Of a DNA stretch of 64,000 bases, positions 12,097-23,900 are shown piece by piece. The stretch is from Yuukianura sp. NJ FZ-2021. Its lineage: Eukaryota. How positions within the stretch are numbered: the first letter of the stretch is position 1; each line of letters starts with the position of its first letter. The stretch is taken from assembly GCA_046563655.1 (NCBI GenBank), contig CM102287.1, positions 6,696,001 through 6,760,000 on the forward strand. Direction: 5' to 3'. Under the pieces are notes generated by a model. It searched no databases. It was not told the origin of the DNA and saw only the letters and a program-made list of their open reading frames with translations. Position numbers and translations under genes: made by a program.

Positions 12097-12612
12097 CTGT
12101 AAGGTGTGATTTGTGTTTCCGATGCACAAATATGAATTAATAACAATTTGAAAGTAAACATGATAAAGCACATGGAGCAACAAATCGGGTATGTCTATTC
12201 CTCCGAAAACCAGATATTTCAGACTGTGCCGATTCGCAGGTTTTTACGAGTGTTATATTATAGGCATTATGTTACGAGTGTGGATAATATTTTTATCCGG
12301 TTTTATCATCCATAGGGAGGGTTATAGAAATCATGGTAAAAAAAACTTGAAAAAATAAGGAATTTGAAATAGCGAATACTCACGTCAGTTTGCAATTGTG
12401 TAACAGGTCAACCAGGCATTTCTTTTCTCAGATTTTCAAAATTTGGGATAAATTCCGAATTTAGTTTTTGGCAACTCGAACCTCAACTTAATCAAAAAAT
12501 TAGGTTAGGATTAGAAACCTGGACAAAAATTACTTCAACACATTTCCAAAGTTTTTCCAAAAAAAAAAACAAATCTTAACGAAATTATACGGATTCATTA
12601 TGCATAATACTG

Positions 12613-14298
12613 AAAAAATCTGGAGTTTGTTTGGTAATTTTGGTTCAAAAAATAGGAAAATGAAGTTTAAATTTTTGACTAAACCTTCTCTGTACCATCA
12701 CTTAGGAACACATACTAAATCCCACAACCGAAACCTACGGAATCACTTCTTGGCGAATGTGTCCATGCACAGATCGTTTCAAAGTCTCAATCCGCATTGG
12801 TTCGGGGATGTGGTAAAAAACTTAGTCCCTGTGTCTCTTGCTTGAATGCGCAGCAGAAGTGTTATTATTAGAGTTAACGAGACTTGACTTGACATTTAAC
12901 GTGACTTTCGGTTTTTTTCATATCGCAGCAGAAGTGTTATTATTAGAGTTAACGAGACTTGATTTGACATTTAACGTGAACTTTCGGTTTTTTTCATATA
13001 CACTGGAACATACGGCATTGCAGTAGATTGGGCGCGAAGACGGATCGAGGCTTGCGAGTAGCTGTTCAGGTGACACAGGGCAGGGAGGGGTGTGAATCTC
13101 TCTCGGTAAGTCCGGAGTGTGCCAGTCCGAGTGAACTGGGGCCGGAATCTCGAGCGTAGTCATTGACTAGTCCTCTGTCGTGTGGATCTTCGTGTATATA
13201 AAAAATCTGGAGTTTGTTTCGTAATTTTGGTTCAAAAAATTGTAAAATGAACTTTAAATTTTTGACTAAACCTTCTCTGTACCATCACTTAGGAACACAT
13301 ACTAAATCCCACAACCGAAACCTACGGAATCACTTCTTGGCGAATGTGTCCATGCACAGATCGTTTCAAAGTCTCAATCCGCATTGGTTCGGGGATGTGG
13401 TAAAAAACTTAGTCCCTGTGTCTCTTGCTTGAATGCGCAGCAGAAGTGTTATTATTTGAGTTAACGAGACTTGACTTGACATTTAACGTGACTTTCGGTT
13501 TTTTTCATATCGCAGCAGAAGTGTTATTATTAGAGTTAACGAGACTTGACTTGACATTTAACGTGACTTTCGGTTTTTTTCATATACACTGGAACATACG
13601 GCATTGCAGTAGATTGGGCGCGAAGACGGATCGAGGCTTGCAAGTAGCTGTTCAGGTGACACAGGGCAGGGAGGGGTGTGAATCTCTCTCGGTAAGTCCG
13701 GAGTGTGCCAGTCCGAGTGAACTGGGGCCGGAATCTCGAGCGTAGTCATTGACTAATCCTCTGTCGTATGGATCTTTGTGTATATAAAAAAAATCTGGAG
13801 TTTGTTTCGTAATTTTGGTTCAAAAAATTGTAAAATGAACTTTAAATTTTTGACTAAACCTTCTCTGTACCATCACTTAGGAACACATACTAAATCCCAC
13901 AACCGAAACCTACGGAATCACTTCTTGGCGAATGTGTCCATGCACAGATCGTTTCAAAGTCTCAATCCGCATTGGTTCGGGGATGTGGTAAAAAACTTAG
14001 TCCCTGTGTCTCTTGCTTGAATGCGCAGCAGAAGTGTTATTATTTGAGTTAACGAGACTTGACTTGACATTTAACGTGACTTTCGGTTTTTTTTCATATA
14101 CACTGGAACATACGGCATTGCAGTAGATTGGGCGCGAAGACGGATCGAGGCTTGCGAGTAGCTGTTCAGGTGACACAGGGCAGGGAGGGGTGTGAATCTC
14201 TCTCGGTAAGTCCGGAGTGTGCCAGTCCGAGTGAACTGGGGCCGGAATCTCGAGCGTAGTCATTGACTAATCCTCTGTCGTATGGATCTTCGTGTATA
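12613..14298. repeat. Near-identical tandem repeat, ~587-bp unit, three copies
   Basis: AAACCTTCTCTGTACC at 12681, 13268 and 13856 (spacing 587 and 588). Units 1 and 2 contain an internal ~75-bp duplication that is single in unit 3. Confidence 0.95.
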
Positions 14299-15086
14299 TT
14301 TAACGGGACGTTCGGCTTTTATTAATTGACTTTTCTTTTGTTGAATTGATCTTCGTGTATATTTAACGGGACTTTCGGTTTTTTTCTTAAACGCTAGAAC
14401 ATACGGCAGTAGATTGGGCGCGACGACGGATGAGGCTTGCAAGTAGCTGTTCAGGTGGCACGGGGCAAAGAGGAGTGCGAATCTCTCTTGGTGAGACCGG
14501 TGTGCGCCAGTTCGAGTGAATGAGGCCGGAATCCCGAGCGTAGTCATTGACTTATCTATTGTTGTATGGATCTTGTGTATTAACGGGACTTTCGGTTTTT
14601 TTTAATTGACTTATCTTTTGTTGAATTGTTCTTCGTGTATATTTAACGGGCTTGAACGCTAGAACATACGGCAGTAGATTGGGCGCGACGACGGATGAGG
14701 CTTGCAAGTAGCTGTTCAGGTGGCACGGGGCAAAGAGGGGTGCGAATCTCTCTTGGTGAGACCGGTGTGCGCCAGTTCGAGTGAATGAGGCCGGAATCCC
14801 GAGCGTAGTCATTGACTTATCTATTGTTGTATGGATCTTGTGTATTAACGGGACTTTCGGTTTTTTCTAATTGACTTATCTTTTGTTGAGTTGTTCTTCG
14901 TGTATATTTAACGGGACTTTCGGTTTTTTTTCCTAAACGCTAGAACATACGGCAGTAGATTGGGCGCGAGGACGGATGGATCTTGTGTATATTTAACGGG
15001 ACTTTCGGTTTTTTTTAATTGATTATCTTTTGTTGTATGGGTCTTCGTGTATTTTTAATGTGACTTTCGGTTTTTTTATACGCTAG
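14262..15086. repeat. Related tandem array of ~265-285-bp units (two ~60-bp AT-rich subunits plus a ~150-bp GC-rich module)
   Basis: Repeated GTGTATATTTAACGGGACTTTCGGTTTTTT subunits alternate with GAACATACGGCAGTAGATTGGGCGCG...CGAGCGTAGTC modules at ~14397, ~14662 and (partial) ~14943. The module is a diverged version of one present in each 587-bp unit. Confidence 0.9.
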
Positions 15087-15155
15087 AGGGACCACACCCT
15101 GCACAACTACCAGAAACTTAAATCTGGTATGTTATGCACAAAGGGACCATTGCAC

Positions 15156-15207
15156 TACGGTCTACCGTGTTGCTCGGTACTGATGACGACAGCAGTCAGA
15201 AACCGTA
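15156..15207 (+). ncRNA. Type III hammerhead ribozyme (predicted self-cleavage after GUC, C15162)
   Basis: TACGG-TC | TACCG-tgttgct-CGGTA | CTGATGA | C-GAC-agca-GTC-A | GAAA-CCGTA. Core CUGAUGA, GAAA and UH are intact. Stem III has 6 perfect pairs, stem I has 5 perfect pairs, stem II has 3 pairs closed by a C-A mismatch. Confidence 0.85.
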
Positions 15208-15420
15208 TTAACTTGAGATTCTTTGCTGTTCTATTTAAGAATTTTCAGTGACATAATTGGTAAGTCTGAAAGGTGGACAGGGTGAAATTGGAAATCGTTT
15301 TTAGAAGTTTAGTTTCTGGAAAACTGAATTTTACCGATTTCTAACATTTTGTCAGAAAAAGAAAAAAACAAATTGTTATTTTTAGTTACAATTTGGAGAA
15401 TGAAGAAAAAGAAACAACAG

Positions 15421-16234
15421 TTATTAAGTAGCTTTAGCTAAAAGTATTTTTGTCCGTCATCACGTTTTCCGTCATATCCCCATAAGAAAAGCCGGTCCGT
15501 CATCGCGTTTTCCGTCATGGCAAAGGGAACTCCTTTGGTCTTCAAGTTCTCTGTCATGTCCATAAGATAGGCCGGTTCGTCATCACGTTCTCTGTCATGT
15601 CCATAAGATAGGCCGGTCTGTCATCACGTTCTCTGTCATGTCCATAAGATAGGCCGGTCCGTCATCGCGTTTTCCGTCATGACATAGGGAAAAATATTGT
15701 AAAATGGTGAAAACATCTGCACAATTATCTCGGAAACTACTGGATCGATCTCGTTCCGGTTTTCACCATTTAACAGCTAATGACCCGGGTGAGGTCAAGC
15801 TTGCAATATCATTCCGGTCAGTGACCTCCTTCCGGGTTAAAATCAATTTCCTTCCGGGTCAAAATCAATTTCAAAGGTCAAGTGAATTGCAGATGGAGGA
15901 AGTCTGGGTAGAAAAAACTCTGCTTGTGGGACTGGAAAGGTAAAAGGCATGGGAGTTGGTTCTCTGCTTTTAGCAAAAAATCAACTACGCAGCAGTTGAC
16001 CAACACACTCATGCACTGTCCAGTGCCCATTCCTTCTGTTGTTGCTTTATCCGGATCCAACCTCTTCACATCTTTGCTTGACCTCACCCCCATTTCCACC
16101 GGGGTGGGGGGTGAGAAGGTGGGGGGAGCACCGCGCCACTCCCCCTGAGGGCTCAACAGATTACTCCAGCTTGTTAAAAAAACACTTAAATGCTAAAGCT
16201 ACTTTTTTATGTGCGGTTTACAACCGGTTTATTT
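15421..16234 (+). mobile_element. Full-length HINE/DINE-1-like non-autonomous Helentron, about 810 bp
   Basis: 13-bp subterminal inverted repeats at 15426-15438 and 16192-16204, about six ~41-bp GTC(C/T)GTCATCACGTT tandem units (15452-15685), a short terminal hairpin (16214-16226) and T-rich ends without a TSD. This is the established DINE-1/HINE architecture. Confidence 0.85.
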
Positions 16235-16787
16235 AAAAATACGATGAGTCCGACCTATAGAAGAGAGTCCACGCAGTACGACGTCACAGTAGTATCTGCT
16301 CCGCCCTCCGCCACTCACGAAACATTTAAGGTATCCGAAATCCGACTTATAGCTACACCCCTGAAGTTTGGGTCGCCGTCGACAAATACTAAGACAAGGT
16401 TAGGGTAAGGATTAACGCAGGTGATTGTAGACCACATAGCAGCTCGAGCCATCTTGTTTGGCTACGATAGGAGACTATACTTCAGTGACATCTTATGAAT
16501 CCACTTTAATCCAACTTAAGTCAGCATAAAATGGCGACATAAGTTGCCACAACGTAAACTCCCATGGTAGTCACAGAATGGGTATGCTGCGTGGCTACAA
16601 TGGCTATCGTCATACCTTACCGCAACCAAAATTCGAATTCGGAAAATATTTACGCGGTGTAAGTGTGAAATTCATTGCGTTAAATACAGAATCTTCAGTT
16701 CAACTTGTCGATCGATTGATTAACAATTAGTATTGGTAAACGCAAGTGTTCCAGTGTTGACGAGATTGTCTTAGTACTCATACCGAA

Positions 16788-19478
16788 ATGTTAGGATTGC
16801 AGTCCTACTCTCGTTCCTCTGATTCTGAATCCAGCGAAGCCGAAGTATCGGAAGGAGAAACAGAACGAGGAAATGTAACACCAAGTTGTTTACCCGAAGA
16901 CCTTCCGGACCATCTGAAACCTTTACCCTCGAACGAATCAACATCTATTATGTCGAAAGTGTTGATTGTCGCCGCGCCGGATGTGGTGGTTAATGTGAGT
17001 ACACAAACGAACCTAATTTGAAGTACAGATTCTGCACTACCCTATCGATCCTAAATGTAAAAATGTGCTGGCTAGTATTCATAGTTTAAACAGCCGATTG
17101 ATTTGTTCTTTTATTCAGAAATCCCTGGATCCACTCCGGCATATTGACCCAAAGACGAAGGAGTTATCGTATAACCCCAGATATGACGAATTGTTTGCCC
17201 CCGTTATGGGACCATCGGATCCTAACAAAACACGACAGCAAAGTGCTCAGAGAAATATGTTGTCTGGATATGTGGAAAAGGCTCATCTTAACGAGTTTGA
17301 GTTTGAAAACCAAAGACGCACATTCAGTAGTTACGGTAAGAATTGGACTTTGGATTCATTTTGTGGCTACATTTTAGTATTTAGTATCGTATTGAATACA
17401 ACTACACTAACCTCTTTTTCGCAGGATATGCTCTTGATCCTTCTGTGCAGTCTGCCAGTGCTGCTGGTGAAACCACAAAATTGATCGGTACAAATCCGGA
17501 TGCAAATAAAACAGAATTAAAAACAGTGTTTGAATCTATACCAAAAAGACCGAAGGACAAGAGGAAGCGAGAGAAAAATGATAAGCCTGAAGATATTGAA
17601 GGTTTTATTGGACCGTGGGGCCGATTCGAAAACGAAATGACTATCGCCAAGCCCTCCGAAGTGAGTTTTTTTTACTCTTCCGTCTTCCGTAGAATGCCTT
17701 TCTTTCTTGTTGTAGCCCGGCATTTCACCAAACCTTAAATACTCCTCAAATCTACATTTCATTAGTAAATGATAGCTTTATACTACGGGGACTTACTGAG
17801 GATCCTTGAGGAACCTTTCGGTTAATTTTTATTTTTCGACTGTATTCATTCACAATTTTACGCCTTTTTATCTCATTTGATTCTGTAGGAGGAAGCAGCG
17901 GAACTGGAAGTAATTTTGTCTAAACGTAAAAGGAGAGGGAAGAACGTTGACGAGAAACCCATTGAAGAGAAGAGTATTCTTCACATTAAAAATCCACTGG
18001 ATTACCAAGGCAGATCATTCATGGTTCCGCCGACGGACGTTGGTGTGAATCTCAAATCTCGAGACCCACCTTCCAAATGCTTCATTCCGAAAAACCTTAT
18101 ACACACTTACCAAGGCCATTCGAAAGGCGTGGCTGCAATTCGGTGGTTTCCTAAGTCTGCGCATCTGTTGCTTTCCGCTGGAATGGATTCAAGAGTCAAG
18201 GTACATTTACTACTATATTTTAGCACGCTGAATCCATCCGCTGCCCTTTACATAATTTAACTCTTTCAACGCTTCAATCGAAACTTAACCGACATCAAAA
18301 GTATTGCTTTTTTGCCTTTCTTCGTAGCTTTGGGAGGTGTACGGTGATCGTCGGTGCCTCCAAACCTACGTCGGACACAAGTTGGCTGTACGCGACATCA
18401 ACTTCAATAACGATGGAACACGGTTCCTATCGGCTGGTAAAACGAATGTTACTGCTTTTCGGTTTAACTAGATTTTAACTGCTGCGCCTTTATTTGGAAA
18501 ATTTAGGTTACGACCGATTCATAAAGCTTTGGGATACCGAAAAGGGCGAGTGTATTTCGCGTTTCACGAATCGTAAAGTCGCGTACTGTGTCAAGTTCCA
18601 TCCTGAAGAGGAAAAACAACATCTGTTCGTTGCTGGCACTTCAGACAAAAAGATTGTTTGTGTAAGGCCTCTCTCTCTCTCAGTAATCAATAACAATTAT
18701 GTATTACGTGTCAAGCCAATGCCTTTTTGATCTTTTTAGTGGGATACGAGAAGTGGAGACATTGTACAGGAATATGATCGTCATTTGGGTGCAGTGAATA
18801 CTATTACCTTTGTCGATGATAATCGTCGTTTTGTATCGACTTCAGATGACAAAAGTTTGCGAGTTTGGGAATGGTGAGTAGCACCACCAAATAAGTCCAT
18901 AAGTATTTGAAATTATGAAGCATGCAGTGCAGATTCTCATTCAAATTCGAATCTCAATGTTTCAGGGATATTCCAGTAGACATGAAGTACATCGCTGACC
19001 CAAGTATGCACAGTATGCCAGCGGTAACGCTTGCACCCAATCAAAAGTGGCTCGCATGCCAAAGCATGGACAACAAGGTGATGATTTTTACGGCGTTGAA
19101 CCGGTTCAAGCTTCATCGAAAGAAAACTTTCAAAGGGCACATGGTCGCTGGTTATGCGTGTCAACTAGACTTTTCTCCTGACATGAGGTAAGGGCTATCG
19201 GGATTGCTAATTTTTGTTACAAAGTTATTATAAGTTACCCGGTAGTAAGGAAATCGTATCTTTCTCGTATCATGTAATATTGTCGATTTTTTTTCCACAG
19301 CTACCTAATTTCTGGTGATGCGGATGGAAAGGTGTTTGTCTGGGATTGGAAGACAACGAGAGTATTCAGCAAATGGAAAGCGCACGATAATACCTGTATC
19401 TCGGTACTCTGGCATCCTCACGAAACGTCCAAGATCATGTCAGCCGGATGGGACGGACTAATAAAACTTTGGGACTAA
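16788..19478 (+). CDS. CDC40: Pre-mRNA-processing factor 17 (WD40 second-step splicing factor), 589 aa
   Basis: Exons 16788-16994, 17119-17335, 17425-17660, 17889-18200, 18328-18436, 18507-18661, 18740-18873, 18966-19187 and 19301-19478. All GT-AG, 1770 nt in frame. Motifs [57 protein letters not shown] and WHPHETSK...[10 protein letters not shown]. Confidence 0.97.
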
Positions 19479-20951
19479 ATTTTCGATTGTTTAAAATAAT
19501 GATAACTTATATTCGGCAAATTGATTTGTACAGGAGAGGTGAAACAGCCCTGTTGCCAGCAGGAGTAGGGAAACAATAATCTTCATATCTGTCAATACCT
19601 AATATCTTTTTTTTTTATAATACATTAGAGTCAAATTTTCTTTAAGGTTAGCCTATACCCAAGCTTCGGCGAAGAACCGAATGCTTGTTCGGAATCAGCG
19701 TACAAGATACTATATTGAATGTATTTAGAAAGGTTTTTAATAAGTATTAAATCGATGCGCTATTTTGCCGAATTTGCTCTAGAATGATTCATCATCAGCA
19801 AGTGACACTTTCTCCAATAACTCCAATACGACTCTAACATTTTTGCCGAGCCTTAACCTACGATATACTCTGTTTGTTCACAATCCTACAAATTTTCATG
19901 TATTGATTTTTTAAAATCCTTACTACCTAATATTCGAAATATAATTTGAAAATTTTGATTTAGAAATTCTAAACAGACGCTTGACATTTTATTGAGCAGC
20001 GGGGGTGCTACTTCAGGAGCTTTAAGAAGTTATTTAACGGTACCGAGAGCTGGCGCTCACTGTGCAGAAAATGAACGACGTTTACTTGTAACTTATTCAA
20101 GCTTCGGCTTCAATTCAATGCTTCCAAAAAGCTGTGAGCTCTTGTCAGAAGCTCTTTTTTGCCATTGAAGTCTCAAAACTTTGAGGGTTTGAGGGGCTTT
20201 GGAGTGCGCAGACTTAGCAGAAACTCTTCCCTTCAAAACAACATTTCTTCAACAGACCTCGAAACATTTTCCACTAGAAGAACAGTGATCCTCGCAGTCC
20301 CAGTCCTCAGTCTGTTCCTCAACTTTGTCTTGGAGGGGTCACTTTTTACTGAAAAGTAGTCAAAACATTGCCAAAGACTTCGGAAGTACAAAAGACTTTG
20401 AAAAATTTCAAAGCATTTTAAACCGAATTCAGTAGACAACCAAAGTTCTTCGGAAATTTTCCCAATCGGCTTCAACAATATCCTCAATTTTGAACATTTC
20501 AAGAACTAAAGTGTTATTGTACTGAAAAATTTGTTACAAGTTATGAATAAAAACAATAGTTTTTAAGGAAAGTGAAAGTCAACACTTTTAGTGAAGTCGT
20601 AAAGCCGAAATTAATTGATTGCTAAAAGGATCGAGGTCATCAACCTCATTTCTACTCTGCGTTTTCACTTAATTTCCGTTTTATCAGATTCCATGACACT
20701 TTGGTTCGTTTGAAATAAGTGCCTAAACTGGTGACTCCAAAGTGACACGCCAAATTGAATCTGAAAAGTAAAAACCTTACAACTATTTTGGGGAAACTGG
20801 ACGCCAACGCGGTGAAAGTGCAAAATGACACTGTGGCATCCGAAGCCCAGAGAAAAGTCAATGCTGTAACAATACCCAGAATATGTTGGAGTCTGTGTCA
20901 GTGGCATATCTACTCATAAAAGCCCAAATTGAAGAAAGAAACGACGAAAAT

Positions 20952-23900
20952 ATGGGCCCTAAAATTGGAACCTACTCGACACTACTCCTGACCATTGCAA
21001 GTATTTGGTGGGACGGAGGCGGAAGAAAAGTCACGGCCAATTTGGACATTGAAGGTTGCCATTTAATTGAATCTGCAGCAAGTCATCGTCAACAGCATAA
21101 ATTAGGACATCATCATTCTACTAGTGTTGGTGATTCAGTTGGACTTGACTATACCGGAAACATGGACAGTTTGAAAGTGGCTTCTCAGGTGAAAGCTGAG
21201 ACTAATGACGAGGATTACGTTCTGTGTCACATCAGAACGATGCAGACTGAACTAGACTTTGAGAATCTGACAATCCATTTGCCATTTCCCATGGAAAAGG
21301 CTACTGTTCTCAAGGTCGTTTGTAATGACCTTTTGTTCTTTGAATCTGTTCTGAGTCCAGGTCAATTGAGTGGATTCACTGAAGTGTATGACCTGTCAAT
21401 TGAAAAATGCAAGCTCAAAATTGTTACGGGAGATGCATTTCTTGGAATGGATCATCTCAAACGTCTCAAAATCAATACAGGTAATTCAGACTGGGCAGCC
21501 CGTTCACTGGAACTGTCCAGTACAGCGTTCGAAACCGTGCCATCGCTCCAAAGTCTGGATCTAGGCTACAATCATATGTGGTCCCTCCCAGAAAAACTTT
21601 TGTGTCAACTAGAGTCATTGACTGTACTTAATTTGACTCATAACCTTTTGAGTGACATTGACGACCTAGGATTCCCTTCTCCGTCAACGATTCCTCAGGG
21701 AAGAAAAAACAACAACGGAATCCTTAGAAATAAGGCTGGAATTGATGGACGGGAATTCGTGACATCGTCTGCGTGTTTATCAGAGCTGAAACAATTGGAT
21801 ATTTCATACAACACGCTACGACGACTCGGATCTCGTCGGTTTGACAAGATGAAGCGCCTAGAAGATCTGCGTCTCCAACACAACTGGTTGGAAGAGTTAG
21901 ACGACGAAGCTTTGACCGGCCTCGGAGGACTCAAAAGTTTGAATATTTCGTCAAATCGGTTGGTAGCCCTCCCCTCAACTCTGTTCCAAAATTCGAAGCA
22001 ATTACGAAACATTGATTTGCGAAATAATTCACTGTCAGCGCTTTCACCCAACCTTTTCTCTGGACTCGAGTGGCTCGTTGTACTCGACCTAAGTAGAAAT
22101 TCTCTATCAAGCCAATGGATTACAGTCGAAGCTTTCCGGGGACTCGTACGACTCGTCATTCTCAATTTGTCTCATAACCAACTGACACACTTGACCCCAG
22201 CGACGTTCAGTGACCTCTACACTCTGCAGGTTCTGGATCTTGGAAACAATCTAATTTCATCAATTGCTGACTCCACTTTTATGCCCATGAGCAATCTTCA
22301 TTCGCTCAATTTGGCTCGCAATAAGCTCGTGTCCATTTCATCCAAGATGTTCAACGGTCTCTACGTCCTACACAAACTAAGTTTGGACTTTAATCAACTG
22401 ACGACGATTGAGGATGGCTCAATGAAAAATTGCACGAGCCTAAGCGATTTAGGACTCGTCGGGAACATGTTGACGAAGGTTCCCGAAGCTCTCCGAGGTC
22501 TCCAGTACTTGAAAACGCTGGATCTAGGTAAGATTTTAAAAATTTTCAACAGTTTACAAAAGTTCCATTTTCATTCTTTTAAAATGCCGCATTTCCCAGC
22601 TTCCGCCATAGCTCAATTTTTTCGACGAATTTGTTGGTTTTAAGAGAAAGTCGAGTGCTGACATTTTTTTTCCTTTTTAGGAGAAAATCGAATCTCTACT
22701 CTTACAAACGAGTCGTTCATGGGAATGAGTCAATTATATGGAATTCGTCTAGTTGCGAATCAACTGGAGGAGATTCCCAAAGGAGTCTGTGACCCAATTA
22801 GTGACCTCCGCGTCTTCAATGTTGCTCAGAACAAAATCAATAGAGTTGCCTCAGGAGCCTTTGTGTCATGTCCAGAATTGAGAGTACTTCGACTTGACTC
22901 CAATTCCCTGGACATCCTTCCGTCGAACTTGGTTCCTCAATTACCAAACCTCCTCTGGCTCAACGTTTCGCAAAATCAGATAGGACGAGCCGACTACTCA
23001 TTACTACCTTCTTCGCTTGAGTGGTTCGGTAAGAAAATTATTTTATCATTCCTTTGGAACATACCACAAGAACACGTCGATTCAGAAAGCATTTCGAGAA
23101 AAACAAAATTTAATTTCTTATGTAAGAAATACTCTGTGTGATATCAGAATTAGTGAGACTCAAAGAGAGTTTTAGTAATTTATTAGCTTTCATAACGCAT
23201 ATTTCATTCAAACTTATTACATTCATCCTAAAAGTTGCCGAAAAATTGGTTGCGCTCTTTTTGCGTAAAAGAAGAAGAAAGAAAAACTTGTTTTTGACTC
23301 ACCGTTTACTTTCAGTTGGTTCTTACCGGAATGCAATAAAAAATGGAAGAAAAAAATACACAGTATAGAAATGAAAACCAAACAACAATTTTTCCTTTTC
23401 ATGTTTCAGACGTGAGTCATAATCAATTGGTGTCTCTCGGTGGAGCATGGAATCCTGGAAGTGGAGCCACCGTGGGAAAAAATGGGCCGCCACTTTCTCC
23501 AGTCCATGTCCATCATCCCAATCATCATAATGCCAAACTCCGCGTCGTAGATGCTTCCCATAACCTTTTGACCCAACTTGACCTCAATGGAGTTCCACCA
23601 GCACTGGATAAACTAGTGGTCAGCTACAACCGTCTCACAAAAATTCTGCCAGATACGTTTAGTCGCTCGACTCATTTGCGTCGTGTGGATTTGATTGGAA
23701 ATCAATTGGAAACGATTCCGTTGTCAGCGCTCAGATTCCAACAAGTTCCGCTGTCGAAACCGCTTCCTGAATTCTTTCTCGGTAAATTTCAATTTTCGAG
23801 TTTACATTTCTGAACTTTTCTTAACGTTTGCGCATGCGCCAAATGGAAACTGAAGAATGCAGAGTCTGAGAGTGAAAAGGAAAGGAGAAAGTGAAATTGA

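Larger units (their letters stand above)
8073..16234 (+). mobile_element. Putative composite non-autonomous Helentron (HINE/DINE-1-like) insertion with captured cargo, about 8.2 kb
   Basis: Left end TTATTAAGTAGCTTTAGCTACT (subTIR AAGTAGCTTTAGC at 8078-8090). Right end GCTAAAGCTACTT (16192-16204, exact reverse complement), then hairpin CGGTT-TAC-AACCG (16214-16226) and a T-run. The flanks rejoin in frame at a TT site. No Rep/helicase ORF seen. Confidence 0.6.

Noticed and set aside
14397..14420. EHTAVDW peptide reminiscent of ISXO2/Merlin transposases
   Set aside because: Only a 7-residue resemblance; the downstream catalytic motif is absent and the frame closes soon after.
12600..14812. Repeated 60-106-aa ORFs in the ORF track
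   Set aside because: They are by-products of the tandem repeats; frames shift between module subfamilies and no domain is recognisable.
14262..15086. Repeat-spacer appearance resembling a CRISPR array
   Set aside because: The intervening segments are copies of each other rather than unique spacers, the context is eukaryotic, and no cas genes are present.
8073..16234. Autonomous transposon
   Set aside because: No Rep/helicase, reverse transcriptase, endonuclease or DDE transposase frame is recognisable.
20883..20951. Upstream in-frame ATG as the Toll start
   Set aside because: ATG 20952 directly precedes a signal-peptide-like segment, while the extension adds a charged stretch; not fully excluded.
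21695..22165. 156-aa antisense ORF
   Set aside because: It lies wholly opposite the Toll LRR exon and is a shadow of that frame.
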